A DNA stretch of 64,000 nt. Origin: Azolla caroliniana. Lineage: Eukaryota > Plantae > Polypodiophyta. The notes below the pieces were generated by a model that did not search any database, was not told where the DNA came from, and worked only from the letters and a program-made list of their open reading frames with translations. The translations under genes and the position numbers were made by a program. Where the stretch lies: assembly GCA_043228905.1 (NCBI GenBank), contig JBHGNT010000008.1:11222001-11286000 (forward strand), given 5' to 3'. This document shows, in pieces, positions 23,739 through 35,100 of this stretch. Positions within the stretch are counted from its first letter, which is position 1. Each line of letters starts with the position of its first letter.

Positions 23739-26700
23739 TCACTTCGGCATGGGATGTCTCTCCAATCCAGTCCTCTTCCGACATGCTTCCAGCTTGTCGG
23801 GTGTGAGCACCTTGGTCAGCATATCCGACCCGTTCTCGTCCGTGTGGACCTTCGTCAGCACGAACTCCTTGTCTTCTATCCTTTCCCGGATCGAGTGGTA
23901 TCTACGCTGGATGTGTTTCGTCCGGGAATGGTAGGCCGCGTTCTTCGCAAGGTGGATGGCACTCTGACTGTCGCAGTAGAGTCGGTACTCCTCCTGCCGG
24001 ATACCGAGCTCTCTAATGAAGTCCTTCATCCATATTATTTCCTTGCCGGCTTCAACAGCCGCCATGTACTCCGCCTCCGTGGTTGACAACGCAACCGTCT
24101 TCTGCAGCCTCGACTGCCACGAAACGGCTCCCCCTGCATACGTCATCATATACCCTGATGTGGACCGGCTGGTATCCGCATCAGCCGACATATCCGAATC
24201 GGTAAAGCCGTCGAGTTCGGGCTTGCCAGAGCCGAATCGGAGGCACACGTTTGCCGTGCCCTTCAGGTATCGGAGTATCCACTTGACCGCGTTCCAATGC
24301 TCTTTGCCGGGATTGCTCATGTACCGGCTCACCACTCCAACTGCATATCCTATGTCCGGTCTTGTACACACCATTGCGTACATCAAGCTTCCAACGGCAG
24401 AGGCATATGGTACTTTCATCATGTCCTCCTTCTCAGCCTTTGTCTTGGGGCTTTGCTTGCTGGACAACTTGCAGTTTGCAGGGAGGGTTGACCCGACCGG
24501 TCTTGCTTCCGACATGTTGAACCGGTGAAGCACCTTTGTCACGTACTTCTCCTGTGACAGCCACAACTGCTTCTTCTTCCGGTCCCGGATGATGTGCATC
24601 CCTAGTATTTGCCTTGCCGGACCCAGGTCCTTCATTGAGAAGGTTCGGTGAAGCGCTTTCTTCAGCATCCGTATCTTGACCTGGTCCCGTCCGACGATCA
24701 ACATGTCGTCCACGTACAGGAGGAGTATCAGAAAGTCTCCTCCTTCGAACTTCTTCACAAACACGCAGTGATCAGACTGCGTTTTGTGGTACCCTTCGTC
24801 GGTCATGAAGGAGTCGAACTTCCGGTACCATTGCCGGGGAGCCTGCTTCAGTCCGTAAAGGCTCTTCTTCAACCGGCATACCAGGTGCTCCTTCCCTTTC
24901 TTCTCGAATCCTTCCGGTTGCTGCATGTAGATCTCTTCTTCGAGGTCACCGTGAAGGAATGCCGTCTTCACGTCCATCTGTTCTACCTCGAGGTCCATGC
25001 TTGCCGCTATGCTCAGTACCGTCCGGATGGAGGTCATCTTCACTACCGGGGCAAATATCTCGTCGAAGTCGACGCCCTTCTTCTGCTGGAACCCCTTCAC
25101 CACGATCCTGGCTTTGTATCTCGGGGGGTTTCCGGCATCTCCCGGTTTCAGCTTGAACACCCACTTGTTTCGAAGTGCCCGCTTTCCTTTCGGCAACTCC
25201 ACAAGTTCATATGTGTGGTTCTCATGCAGGGAATCCATCTCCTCCTGCATGGCACTTAACCACCTGCGGCTATGGGTGTCAACCTTTGCTTCTTCAAAAC
25301 TCTCCGGCTCCCCCTCGTCGGTTAGCAGCACGTGCTCTGGTTCCGGAAATCTCCGGGGGGCCCTTCTCTCTCTTAGAGGATATCTCCGTCCCGGAGCTTC
25401 GGTAACCGGCTCCTCCGTTTCCTCTTCATCCGAATCCATTTCGGGATCGGGGCCGGTTCCGGTATCAGTTTCATCTTCCTCGGCCGGTTCTGTTTCTTCA
25501 CCGTCTTCGGCCGGATCCTCGAGTGCTAACCGGTCCCTTGCCGATCGGGACTGCTCCTCGTAGAGTTGATCCTCACCGGTCGACTTGGAGCTCTTCATCT
25601 TCTTCTCCGACTCCCAGTCGGCGAGTGTCTTGTCCTCCATGAAGATGATATCACGACTCCGGAATATCTTCTTGTCGACCGGGTCCCATACTCGGTAGCC
25701 GAACTCGTCGTTGCCGTAACCGAGGAATATGCATGGCCGGGTCTTTGGATCTAGCTTTCCTCTCCGGTCCTTTGCCACATGCACATATACGAGACACCCG
25801 AACACCTTCAGATGCCGGTAGGACACTTCCTTACCGGTCCACACTCTCTGTGGCGTGTCTCCATTCAGGGGTACTGAGGGTGATCTATTTATCACGTATG
25901 TCGCCGTCGACATTGCCTCAGCCCAAAACCCCTTGGGTAATTTCGCATGCGCCAGCATACTCCAGACCCTCTCCATTATGGTCCGGTTCATCCTCTCGGC
26001 CAGCCCGTTCAGTTCCGGCGTCTTCGGCACAGTAAACTCGAGCCGGATTCCCATCGAACGGCAATACTCCTTAAATTGCCCTCGGTATTCTCTTCCGTTA
26101 TCCGCTCGTAGTGCTTTCAGCTTCTTGCCGGATTCCCTTTCCACTCTCGCGTGGAATTCTTTGAAGACGGACAATACTTGGTCCTTTGTCTTCATCGGTG
26201 CCGTCCACAGCTTCCGGCTCTGGTCATCTATGAATGTCACGAAGTACTGGGCTCCGCCATGTGACTTCGTTTCTACTTGACACACGTCAGTGTGCACCAA
26301 CTCCAATGGTGCGCTACGTCTCGTCGGTGGCCTTGAGTGGAAGGAGGTTCGGTTCTGCTTACCGGCCAGGCAATCGGTGCACTTCTCCAGGTGCACATGC
26401 TTCACTGGAATAAGGTTGTCTTCTGCAAGCCTCTTCATCCCCTTCTCACTCATGTGGCACAGTCTCTTGTGCCACAGCTCACCGGTAGTGTCGGCTGCCA
26501 CGTTCAACTCCTCCGGACATAGTCGGGAATTCATCAGGTACAGTGTGTTGATCTTCCGGGCCCGAGCTACTATCAGGCTCCCTTTGCTGAACTTCATGAC
26601 ACCGTTCCGGATGCTACCCGTGTAGCCTTCATCCTCTAGCCTCCCGGCCGAAATCAGATTTAATCGAACCTCCGGAACGTGTCGTACATCTTTCAGCAGC

Positions 26701-27812
26701 ATCTTGCATCCGGTTGATGTCATCAGCCACACGTCTCCTATGCCGGCAATCCGGCATGTACCTTCATTTCCCATCCGGACATAGCCGTACTCACCGGCTG
26801 TGTAGGATGAGAAGTATTTCTTCTCCGGGGTCAGGTGGAACGACGCTCCGGAATCGACCACCCAGGTCATCTCTTCACCGGCAAGGTTCAGCTCCCTCTC
26901 TTCGGTAATGAGCATTATCTCTTCTTCACTTGCCGCGAGTGCCGTCGTTCCTTTCCGGTCCTGCCCTCGCCGATCCGGACCTCTCCGGTCCGTGGCTCCC
27001 CGGTATGCACCGTTTCGCTTCGGTGACTTCTTCGAATCGGTGTCGTCGGCTCCGTTGTCTTTTCGGTAATGCCGACAGTTCTTCCGGAAGTGCCCCGGCT
27101 TCCCACAGTGGAAGCATGTGGGCCTTCCTCTTGACTGCGACCGGGTCCCCGACTTCTCCCGTCTTTGCGGACTCCGGTTCCATTGTCTTCCCCGTTCCGA
27201 TTCGGTAAGCAGCGCCTTCGAGTCGGAGGCCGGTTCTTTATCTCTCCGACGCGCTTCTTCATTCAAAATACTTGTCTTTACCGTTTGTAGGGACAAGTTA
27301 TCTTCGGTGCAGGAGGTGCTGAGAGTCACCACCAAGTTCTCCCAGCTTTCCGGCAATGTACACATCAGGATGATGGCTTGCATTGCATCCTCCAACGGGA
27401 ACTTAATCGCCGCAAGCTGGTTCACGAATCCCATGAACGTGCTTACGTGTTCCACCATGCTCTCGCCGTCCCGGTACTTGAGGTTCACTATCTTCCTCAT
27501 CAGGGAGGTCCGGTTCAACGCATTCTTCCTCTCGTAGAGGCCCGACAGCTTCCGCCACATCTCATATGCGTTGGTGTCGTTCGCCACATGTTGTAGAACG
27601 CTCACGTCGACGTATTGCCGAATGGTTGCAACGGCTTTCCGGTTCAGAAGCCTCCATTCCGTCTCAAGTACCCCCTTGGGTATTTCCGACCTGTCGATCG
27701 GTTCATACAGGTCCCGAACAATGAGCAGATCCTCCATCTTTATCTTCCAGTCGGCGTAGTTCTACGCATTCAGCACCATCATCCCCGGCTGCCCGCTGCC
27801 GCCGCCTTCCAT
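23739..27812 (-). CDS. copia gag-pol polyprotein (gag, CCHC, protease, GAG-pre-IN, integrase, RT, RNase H); in-frame TAG at codon 17
   Basis: 1332-aa ORF 23739-27737 with CFHCGKPGHFRKNC, VDSGAS, VHTD..ADNG..AERMNRT, LYVDD, DSD..EAEY. In-frame upstream ATG at 27812 with TAG at 27762-27764. Confidence 0.93.
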
Positions 27813-27842
27813 TTTCTGCACTGCCTTCGCTCTGATACCACT

Positions 27843-28508
27843 TGTTGCACACAGTGCTCGGCCACAACCGAGGAATAGAATCAACTCACAGAAAACAGGA
27901 AATACAAAGTGCACGAAGACAATAGAGAGGAGAGTACACAGGGTGTTTTACGTGGAAAACCCTAAATGGGAAAAACCACGGAAGTCCTCAAACTCCAACT
28001 ATCACTCTACACAGAGATGTACAATGGTGAAACTACAAGGCAACAACCTTGAGCTCACTGTCTTCGCCACAGGCGGCGGTAATACACAGAGGCAACGATC
28101 TCCTCTCTCTCTCCCTCTCTCTCTCTCTCTCTCGGCTGCTATCTTCACTCCCTCTAAGTGGCAAACAGAAAAATAGGCAACAACAACAAACTGTTTGCCC
28201 TAAGTCATATTTATACACATATGACTTTCGGGCTATTTACAAATATAGCCTCAAGGGCCCTTGGCAAACATATTCACAAATATGTCCCCGCATCCGGATC
28301 TCTCTCCGGGTACATTCGTCATCCGGCTCCGTAACCGGGGTCTTCATCATCCGGCTCCGTAGCCGGGTACTCTTCATCCGGCTTCATGCCAGGTACTCTT
28401 CATCCGGCTTCATGCCGGGTACTCTTCATCCTCCGGTTCCGTAACCGCAACCGGGCTTGCCGTCATTCATCTCCGGACATCCCATCCGGAGGGACCGAAA
28501 TCCCAACA
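27843..28508 (-). repeat. B0 5' LTR (666 bp)
   Basis: Direct repeat of 23087-23728; adjacent PBS. Confidence 0.96.
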
Positions 28509-30761
28509 GTCATGTGGTTTGACGTGCCGGAGTCGACGTACCACACCTTGTCCGACTTCGGGGTGAACTTCTTCATCGAGTTTGCTTCGTGTCTCATCAT
28601 GAAGACTGACCCTTTTCCGGCTTTTCCAGATCCTTCAGCGTAGTGGAATCGCAACTGATTTCCTTTGTCGGTCTGTCCGGAACTTGATCCGGATCCGGTC
28701 CTCTTCGAATCGGCGCGCTTCTTCCAGCACTCGCTCTCCTTGTGGCCTTTTTTTGCCACAGTACCAACATTCCGCGACAGATTTCCCTTGGCGGTTCTCG
28801 TCACCTCGACTCCCCCTATTTCGCACCAACTCGCCTCGTCCGCCACGACCACGGGGCCTATCTCCCTCCATGTACAACATCTTGATGTCGGCATGCGTGC
28901 TTGTTGACACACCCGTGTGGTTCTCCTCTATAAGGAGCATCGACTATAAGTCGAAAAACGACGATGTATTCTCCTGTGTACACACATCAGTTCGGAACGC
29001 TCCGAACTTCGATGCCAATCCCCCGAGACAGATTTGCACCATCTCGCCTTCCTCGACGTTCACATCGATAGAGGCTAAGGAATCGCATATCTCTTTGGTC
29101 TTCGAGGTGTAATCAGCCACCGACACGTCGCGTTGTCGTAAATTGCTCAGCTCCTGTCGCCGACTATTCCCACGCCGGGAAATCTCTGTGTGTCGATTCG
29201 GGTGCTATGTCATTTGCTCCGTCGACATAGCTCCAGTAACCGTGCCCGAACAGGTACTGGTGCATCTTGTAGGACCAAGACGCGTAGTTGTTTTTGTCTA
29301 GCTTCTCAGTAGGAAGCAAGCTAGCCATGCCTCTATCCATTTTGTTTTTCCTGTTCTTCTTCGTTAGTTTTCTTTTCAAGCTATGTCGGCTGCAGAGGTT
29401 CTCAACCCTCACGCTCTGATACCATGTAAAAGATTATGTGCGGAACCAATAGAAAACCGAACACAGAAAATACGCAGGTTTAATGGAGAGCTTGAATATG
29501 CACAATACGCGGGAGAGACAAAGAGAGAGAACACATAGAAACTCAATTCAAAATAATACTCAATCTGTACATACACCGTGCTCAGTGAGCACCTTTTATA
29601 CAAGCCCTGACAATAGGGCTGACACAAGTACTGTCAGTACTTGACCGCTCATAAATGAGCCTACTACACAAACTCCCAAAATTATTCCCTTACGAGGAAT
29701 AACGCTCTAACGGACTCTTCGGTTTACACAACGAGGCGGCCTTGTTATGCGTACCAATTTACGCACCCATTCTACGCACTAGGTTACCAACTCGGATAAG
29801 AGTCAAGTATGAATCAGAGGCAACCGATTCGGACAAGAGCTGGAACGAATCGGAGGAAGCTGATTCAGTTCAACAATTTGATTCGGACGAGAAGGCAGCG
29901 GAAGTTGACACCGATACGGAGGAATCGATGAGTCAACAAACGCCAGAGTGATAGCAGCGAGGGAGCTGAGATGGGCCTATTGAGCAGATAGGCCGATGGA
30001 GGTCAAGGAGCGTAGAACCGGGGGGTCGCGGGAACCAGAACCAAACTGGATGAGGAGCGTGAGCGAGGCAGGAGGACGCTAGAAGGAGTCGAACAAAAGA
30101 ACCGGCTACCACAGAAACTAACTCCACGATTTGACCTCAAGTTGAGCTTCAGGGGGAGTGTTGAGCGAGCAAGCTCAACCAGATCCGGATCGGCCGAATA
30201 AGCCAGAGACGGATCGGTATCCAAATGGAGAACTAGATTGGTGTCCGGAACTAGGAGCCGGATCGGATTGAAACCGGTACGTCGTTAGAGGCCTGCGGAT
30301 CCAGCCTAGTACGTAGGCATATATTTGGGAGTCAGTGTTAGTCGCTCGTATGAGTATTGATGTATTTTTCAGTACCTTCTATCAGTCCTTTATGGACTTG
30401 TATAAAAGTGCTCTTTGAGGACATTCTATGTACAAAGGATTATTATTATTTAATTTAGTTTTGTTGAGAATCAAGCTCAACTTGGTCTAGTGTGTGAACT
30501 CACCTTGAGAGTGAAGAGACACTCCAACGGTCAAGAGTCACCATTATGTCACCACTTTGTATTCTAGCTTTTAGTATGAATCATAGAATCATATTCTATG
30601 ACACATAACTTATGAGCTTTCACATTCCCCATGCTCCATGAGGCTTGCAGTTAATGAAGAGAGAGGGTGACTACATAAAGCACCCTCCTCCCACCTTGTA
30701 AAATGTTGAGTCTTTCTCCTTTGTCAATATACTTTTACCTTGCGTATTCTCTGTGTTTCAC

Positions 30762-30764
<3 letters not shown>

Positions 30765-30799
<35 letters not shown>

Positions 30800-30815
30800 T
30801 CTTCTTCTTTCTTTC

Positions 30816-30869
<54 letters not shown>
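30765..30869 (+). repeat. Compound (CT)n/(CTT)n/(CTTT)n tract at the 5' junction of LINE-b
   Basis: Direct sequence. Confidence 0.93.
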
Positions 30870-30873
<4 letters not shown>

Positions 30874-31009
30874 CGGTCGTGCGCCAGCAGCAACGGTCGT
30901 GCGCCACGCTGTCGTCGCTGCCGTCTGCGACGTCTGTCGCCGCCTGCTACCGAGTTGCAGTCCCCCCCCCATCGTGCGCTGCTGTCGTCTGTTGCCGCGC
31001 TGCCGCCTC

Positions 31010-31115
31010 TGACGTCCGTCGCCGTCTGCTGCCGTCTGCTGACGTCCGTCGCCGTCTGCTGCCGTCTGCTGCCGTCCGTCGCCGTCTGCTGACGTCCGTT
31101 GCCGTCTGCTGCCGT
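31010..31115 (+). repeat. GC-rich 10-bp-unit tandem repeat in the LINE-b 5' UTR
   Basis: GCCGTCTGCT / GACGTCCGTC units. Confidence 0.85.
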
Positions 31116-31365
31116 CGGCGTGCTGGACGACCTACTGCAGTTCGTCATCATCCGTTGTAGTCGCCGTTGCCGTTGCCGTGCTCTTCTCCACCTTGTTTCT
31201 TGAGGTTGCCGAGTGTCACGTTTCTTCTCTTGGCGGCGCATCCTTGTTCTTTTAGCGTGCTCGTCATGTGCGAAATGCCAATGTGACTACGACATAACAC
31301 AAACTCGGCTAAGTCTCGAACCCATTTATTTTATCCTTTTTTTTTCTTTTCTTATTGGCACTACA

Positions 31366-32172
31366 ATGTCTAAACGAAAGGAACACAAGGATACACAAGA
31401 CGAGGCTATAAGTAAGGAGGACTTTTTGGATATGTTTAACCGTTTAACAAAAATAGAGACGGATATGAAAAAATGGGTGAAAGACGCCGAAACCCACAAG
31501 AAAAAAGATAGAGAGGAAAAAGACACCCTCAAGGCCGAAATAGAAAAACTTAAAGAGGAAAACACAAACCTCAAACAACAACTTAATGACATCAAGGTAT
31601 CCCGAGAGGACGGTGAAATATCCTCCATAGAGGATATAAAAGATGAGATCAAAAAAGTTAAAGAGGAGGTTAAAAATAACATAGAATTAGCAAAAACGGG
31701 TTGGGTAGATGTCGTTAAAAGAAACATTAAAAAAGAAATAAAGGATGAAAATATTGTTAATACCACCCTCGAAGAGGAGAAAATGCGTCAGGCCCGACGC
31801 CTAAATGTGCGTGTCACTGGGCTCAAGGAAGGTGCATCCCCGGACGAGGATGCACAAACACTCGGGAAAATGCTAGGGTACACAACGACCCTACCTATCA
31901 CCAAAGCTTGGAGGGCCGGACGCGACACAACTAGGAAGAGAGCCTTAGTTCTTCAATTTAAAGACTTAGACTCTAGAATCACTTTCTTTAAGAAGAGACC
32001 AATTCTTCGAGGATTGGGTGGGGACCCTATCTATCTCGATGAAGACCTCACCAAGATGCAAATTGAGCATCGCAAGAGTTGTATGCCAAAGGTTATGCAA
32101 GCTCGCAAAGACGGGCATCGCGCCTTTTATCGAGATGGGCGAGTGATCATAAATGATCGCACTACTAATTGA
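31366..32172 (+). CDS. LINE ORF1 protein (coiled coil plus L1/Tnp22-type RRM and CTD), 268 aa
   Basis: ATG at 31366; K/E heptad region; RRLNVRVTGLKE and IYLDEDLT motifs typical of ORF1 RRM/CTD. Confidence 0.8.
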   Translation: MSKRKEHKDTQDEAISKEDFLDMFNRLTKIETDMKKWVKDAETHKKKDREEKDTLKAEIEKLKEENTNLKQQLNDIKVSREDGEISSIEDIKDEIKKVKEEVKNNIELAKTGWVDVVKRNIKKEIKDENIVNTTLEEEKMRQARRLNVRVTGLKEGASPDEDAQTLGKMLGYTTTLPITKAWRAGRDTTRKRALVLQFKDLDSRITFFKKRPILRGLGGDPIYLDEDLTKMQIEHRKSCMPKVMQARKDGHRAFYRDGRVIINDRTTN

Positions 32173-35100
32173 CGGCGTGTGGCCCATGTGACAGAAAACA
32201 CACTTAGGATGACCTTATGGAATTGTAACGGCGCACTCTGGACACACCCCGGCCGCCTAGAGGGGATATTAAAGGAATCAGATATAGTTTGCCTAGTAGA
32301 AACACACCAAAGCCCAAATAGGGGACTCCCACGAGTCGAAGGATTTCGTTGGGAGTCGGCTTTTAGACAAACCTCACGTCGATGCACTACCAGGGGATCT
32401 GGAGGTGTCGCAATATTGTTTCGGAGGGAGCTACATAATAGGATAGAAATACTGAGCACTGACCCAGAAGCTCGTTTTATGTGGGTGAAAGTCTCCACAA
32501 GCAAGGACAAGGCAGTAATTTTCGCCATTTGTTACTTCCCCCCAAAAGGCTCTCGTTATAATCTGGCTGGCGAGGCGAGATTAGTTGATGACGGAGTGCC
32601 ACATGGGCCTTCCCCATATGAACCTCTATCGGATGACATAATTCGATATTCTTCCCAAGGCGAAGTATTCCTTGTAGGAGACTTTAATGCGAGGACCCAA
32701 TCCCGACAATGCACAATATTTCAAATGAATAGAAACCTAGAAATGGTAAATGTTGATCCTTCAGACATAGACACCACACGTAAATCAAAGGATCAAGGTG
32801 CAGACGCCACGAGCTTTGGCCATCATTTGCTCGAACTCGGTAGTCGGCACCAGATGGTCATATATAATGGTTTAGCCAAGTGGCCAGGTTCGGAAGAGCT
32901 CACATGTTTCCCACATGGAGGAGGGGAAAGCACAGTCGATTATCTAATAGGACGCCCTGAAGCCACCCACATGATTAACTCCTTCCGAGTGGCCCCATGT
33001 CCTATTGGCGCGGACCATAGTTTCTTATACTTCGAGATAAAATGCGATATCTCTAACGTCACCAACTCTAGTCAACCACGCCATGACATCACAATACATT
33101 TCACACATGAGCTCTCTGACATATATGCTCGACATGTTCAAGCCCATCTGTCCTCCCTTGATCCCTCCCTACCTTTAGAGAGCCTTAATACGAAACTCAC
33201 ACACATCCTTCATTCTGCAGCGGTTAGCAGCTTCCCATACACGAAACACTCCAATCAAGGTAAAGTAGGATCTATGCCACAAAATAGATGGTATGATGAG
33301 GATTGTAGGTGCTTACATCGACAACTTACAATATCGCAACTCAGTGGTAGTATTACCTCAGTACAAGCTCGTAAAGAAATGCGCAAGATGACACGTCGTA
33401 AGAGACGAGCATGGGAGGCATCCCAATATTGGGAACTCTACCACATGCTCATGAGTAACGATTGTGCCACTGCATGGAAGAGATTACGGGAACCAAGACC
33501 ACAAACACCCATCGAAGATCCCGAAACTTGGCACACTTATACAGAGAGACTTTACCACATCCCAAACCAACCACCCATTCCAATGCCTTCCACACCCCGA
33601 CCTACTGTGGGGACACTCTTCACGACCTCTAGGGTCACGAAGGTCATAAAGAAATTACAACATAGGAAGTCCATGGACCACACAGGGTTGCGAGCAGAAC
33701 ACATCATATACGCGAGAGAGTGCCTAGCTCCCTTACTAACTCTAATCTTCAATCGTGCCCTTGCAGAGGGTTTTCCATCACAATGGACCATGAACACAGT
33801 GGCCCCCATACATAAGGGGGGGGACCCCATGGACCCAAATACTTATAGGACCATTATGATAGGTCATACCCTTGCTAAATTATATGGTGCAGTAATGGAG
33901 GCAGAGCTTAGCGAGTATATGGAGACCTTAAATCTTCGTGCACCTGAACAGGCCGGTTTTAGACGAGCCTTCTCCACTATTGACCATATCTTCACACTTA
34001 GATGCTTAATTGACCAGACTAAGGCTCGCAAGAAGAAACTATATTGTTGTTTTGTGGACTTCCGCAAAGCCTTTGACACGGTCCCTAGAGAGCGGTTGTT
34101 TGATAGGCTTAAGAGCTTGAGGATACCAGATGACATGGTTTGGGCCATCTACGCACTATATGAACAAGTGTCCGGGTGTGTTCGATGCCCAGGCGGCATA
34201 TCCGATAGTTTCACTAGCACTATTGGTGTAAAACAAGGTTGCCCCTTATCTCCGACTCTTTTTGGGATCTACATTGATGAGATCACAGATTTTATTGCTC
34301 GTAAGGGAGGCAATGGAGTAGTCCTTGGAGATACGCAGGTGCGTATCTTGCTCTATGCAGATGACATAGTTTTGCTCTCTGAATCCGAACACGACCTACA
34401 AAGGCACCTTAATGCCTTAGATGACTTTTGCACACAACGAGGATTGGTAGTGAATCTAGGGAAAACTAAAGTCCTTATCTTCCACACGTCGGCCCAAGTT
34501 AGGGCTAAGTGTCACCTAACTATCTCCCATAGCCCAGTTGAGGTGGTTGGATCATATGTCTATCTCGGAGTCACTTTCAGTGCCCGCTCAGGTAAATTTT
34601 CGATGACACAAGCAGCGAAGGATAGACTTACAAGAGGACATGCATCCCTCTCACTCCTCGAGAGACAATGCCACCAAGCATACTTCCAAGAGCCACGAAC
34701 TAAAGGGTGGCTCTTTGACTCATTAGTGACTCCCTCTCTCATGTATGCATCAGCGGTTTGGGCCCCAGGACTACCATCTTTCATGTGGACGCAATTAGAG
34801 AGACCATTGGTGATGATGTTATCACGCCAACTCCGAAGCAAATCGTCGGTCCCACATGACATTATTAGGGCTGAGTTCACTCTACCCCCTATGTTAGTAG
34901 AAGCACTTTTTCAACTGGTAGTCTTTATACACAGGATACATAACCAACCACTTGATAGAATATCCCACCAAGCCTTTAAGGCTTCTCGAGCATTGTATGA
35001 GTCCGGCTATACTAGCTCATGGTATGGCATGATGGTGAGTTGGCTTCTTGCCAACGGTCTAGACATTATTAACCTCCCCCCCCTTAAGTACGACCACACG

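Larger units (their letters stand above)
23087..28508 (-). mobile_element. Near-intact Ty1/copia B0 (Tork/Tnt1-like), full length, TSD GTCAT
   Basis: GTCAT at 23082-23086 and 28509-28513. LTRs 23087-23728 and 27843-28508 differ by about 4 substitutions and 2 indels. PBS 27828-27840; PPT about 23731-23745. Confidence 0.97.
18130..29787 (-). mobile_element. Ty1/copia A3, near full-length but degenerate: 3' LTR 18130-18537, 5' LTR 29425-29787 (outer end deleted), PBS 29412-29424
   Basis: Matching LTRs (TGTAAAAGATTATGTGCG...), PBS TGGTATCAGAGCG, PPT from 18538. gag LPTEKLDKNNYASWSYKM, knuckle CWYCGKKGH..C, protease WYVDSGTSNHMT, IN, RT and RH fragments. Confidence 0.92.
14565..30461 (+). mobile_element. 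Ty1/copia A2, degenerate, 5'-truncated; own sequence 14565-18129 and about 29788-30461 (PPT ends 30158, 3' LTR from 30159, cut by C2)
   Basis: PR-IN-RT-RH fragments in order. After the A3 insertion the tail resumes with TTCGGACAAGAGCTGGAACG as in A1. AGGGGGAG|TGTTGAGCG LTR start. Confidence 0.88.

Noticed and set aside
23187-24086. 299-aa plus-strand ORF and other antisense ORFs over copia elements
   Set aside because: It spans the LTR microsatellite and antisense RNase H; these are shadow ORFs of GC-rich coding sequence.
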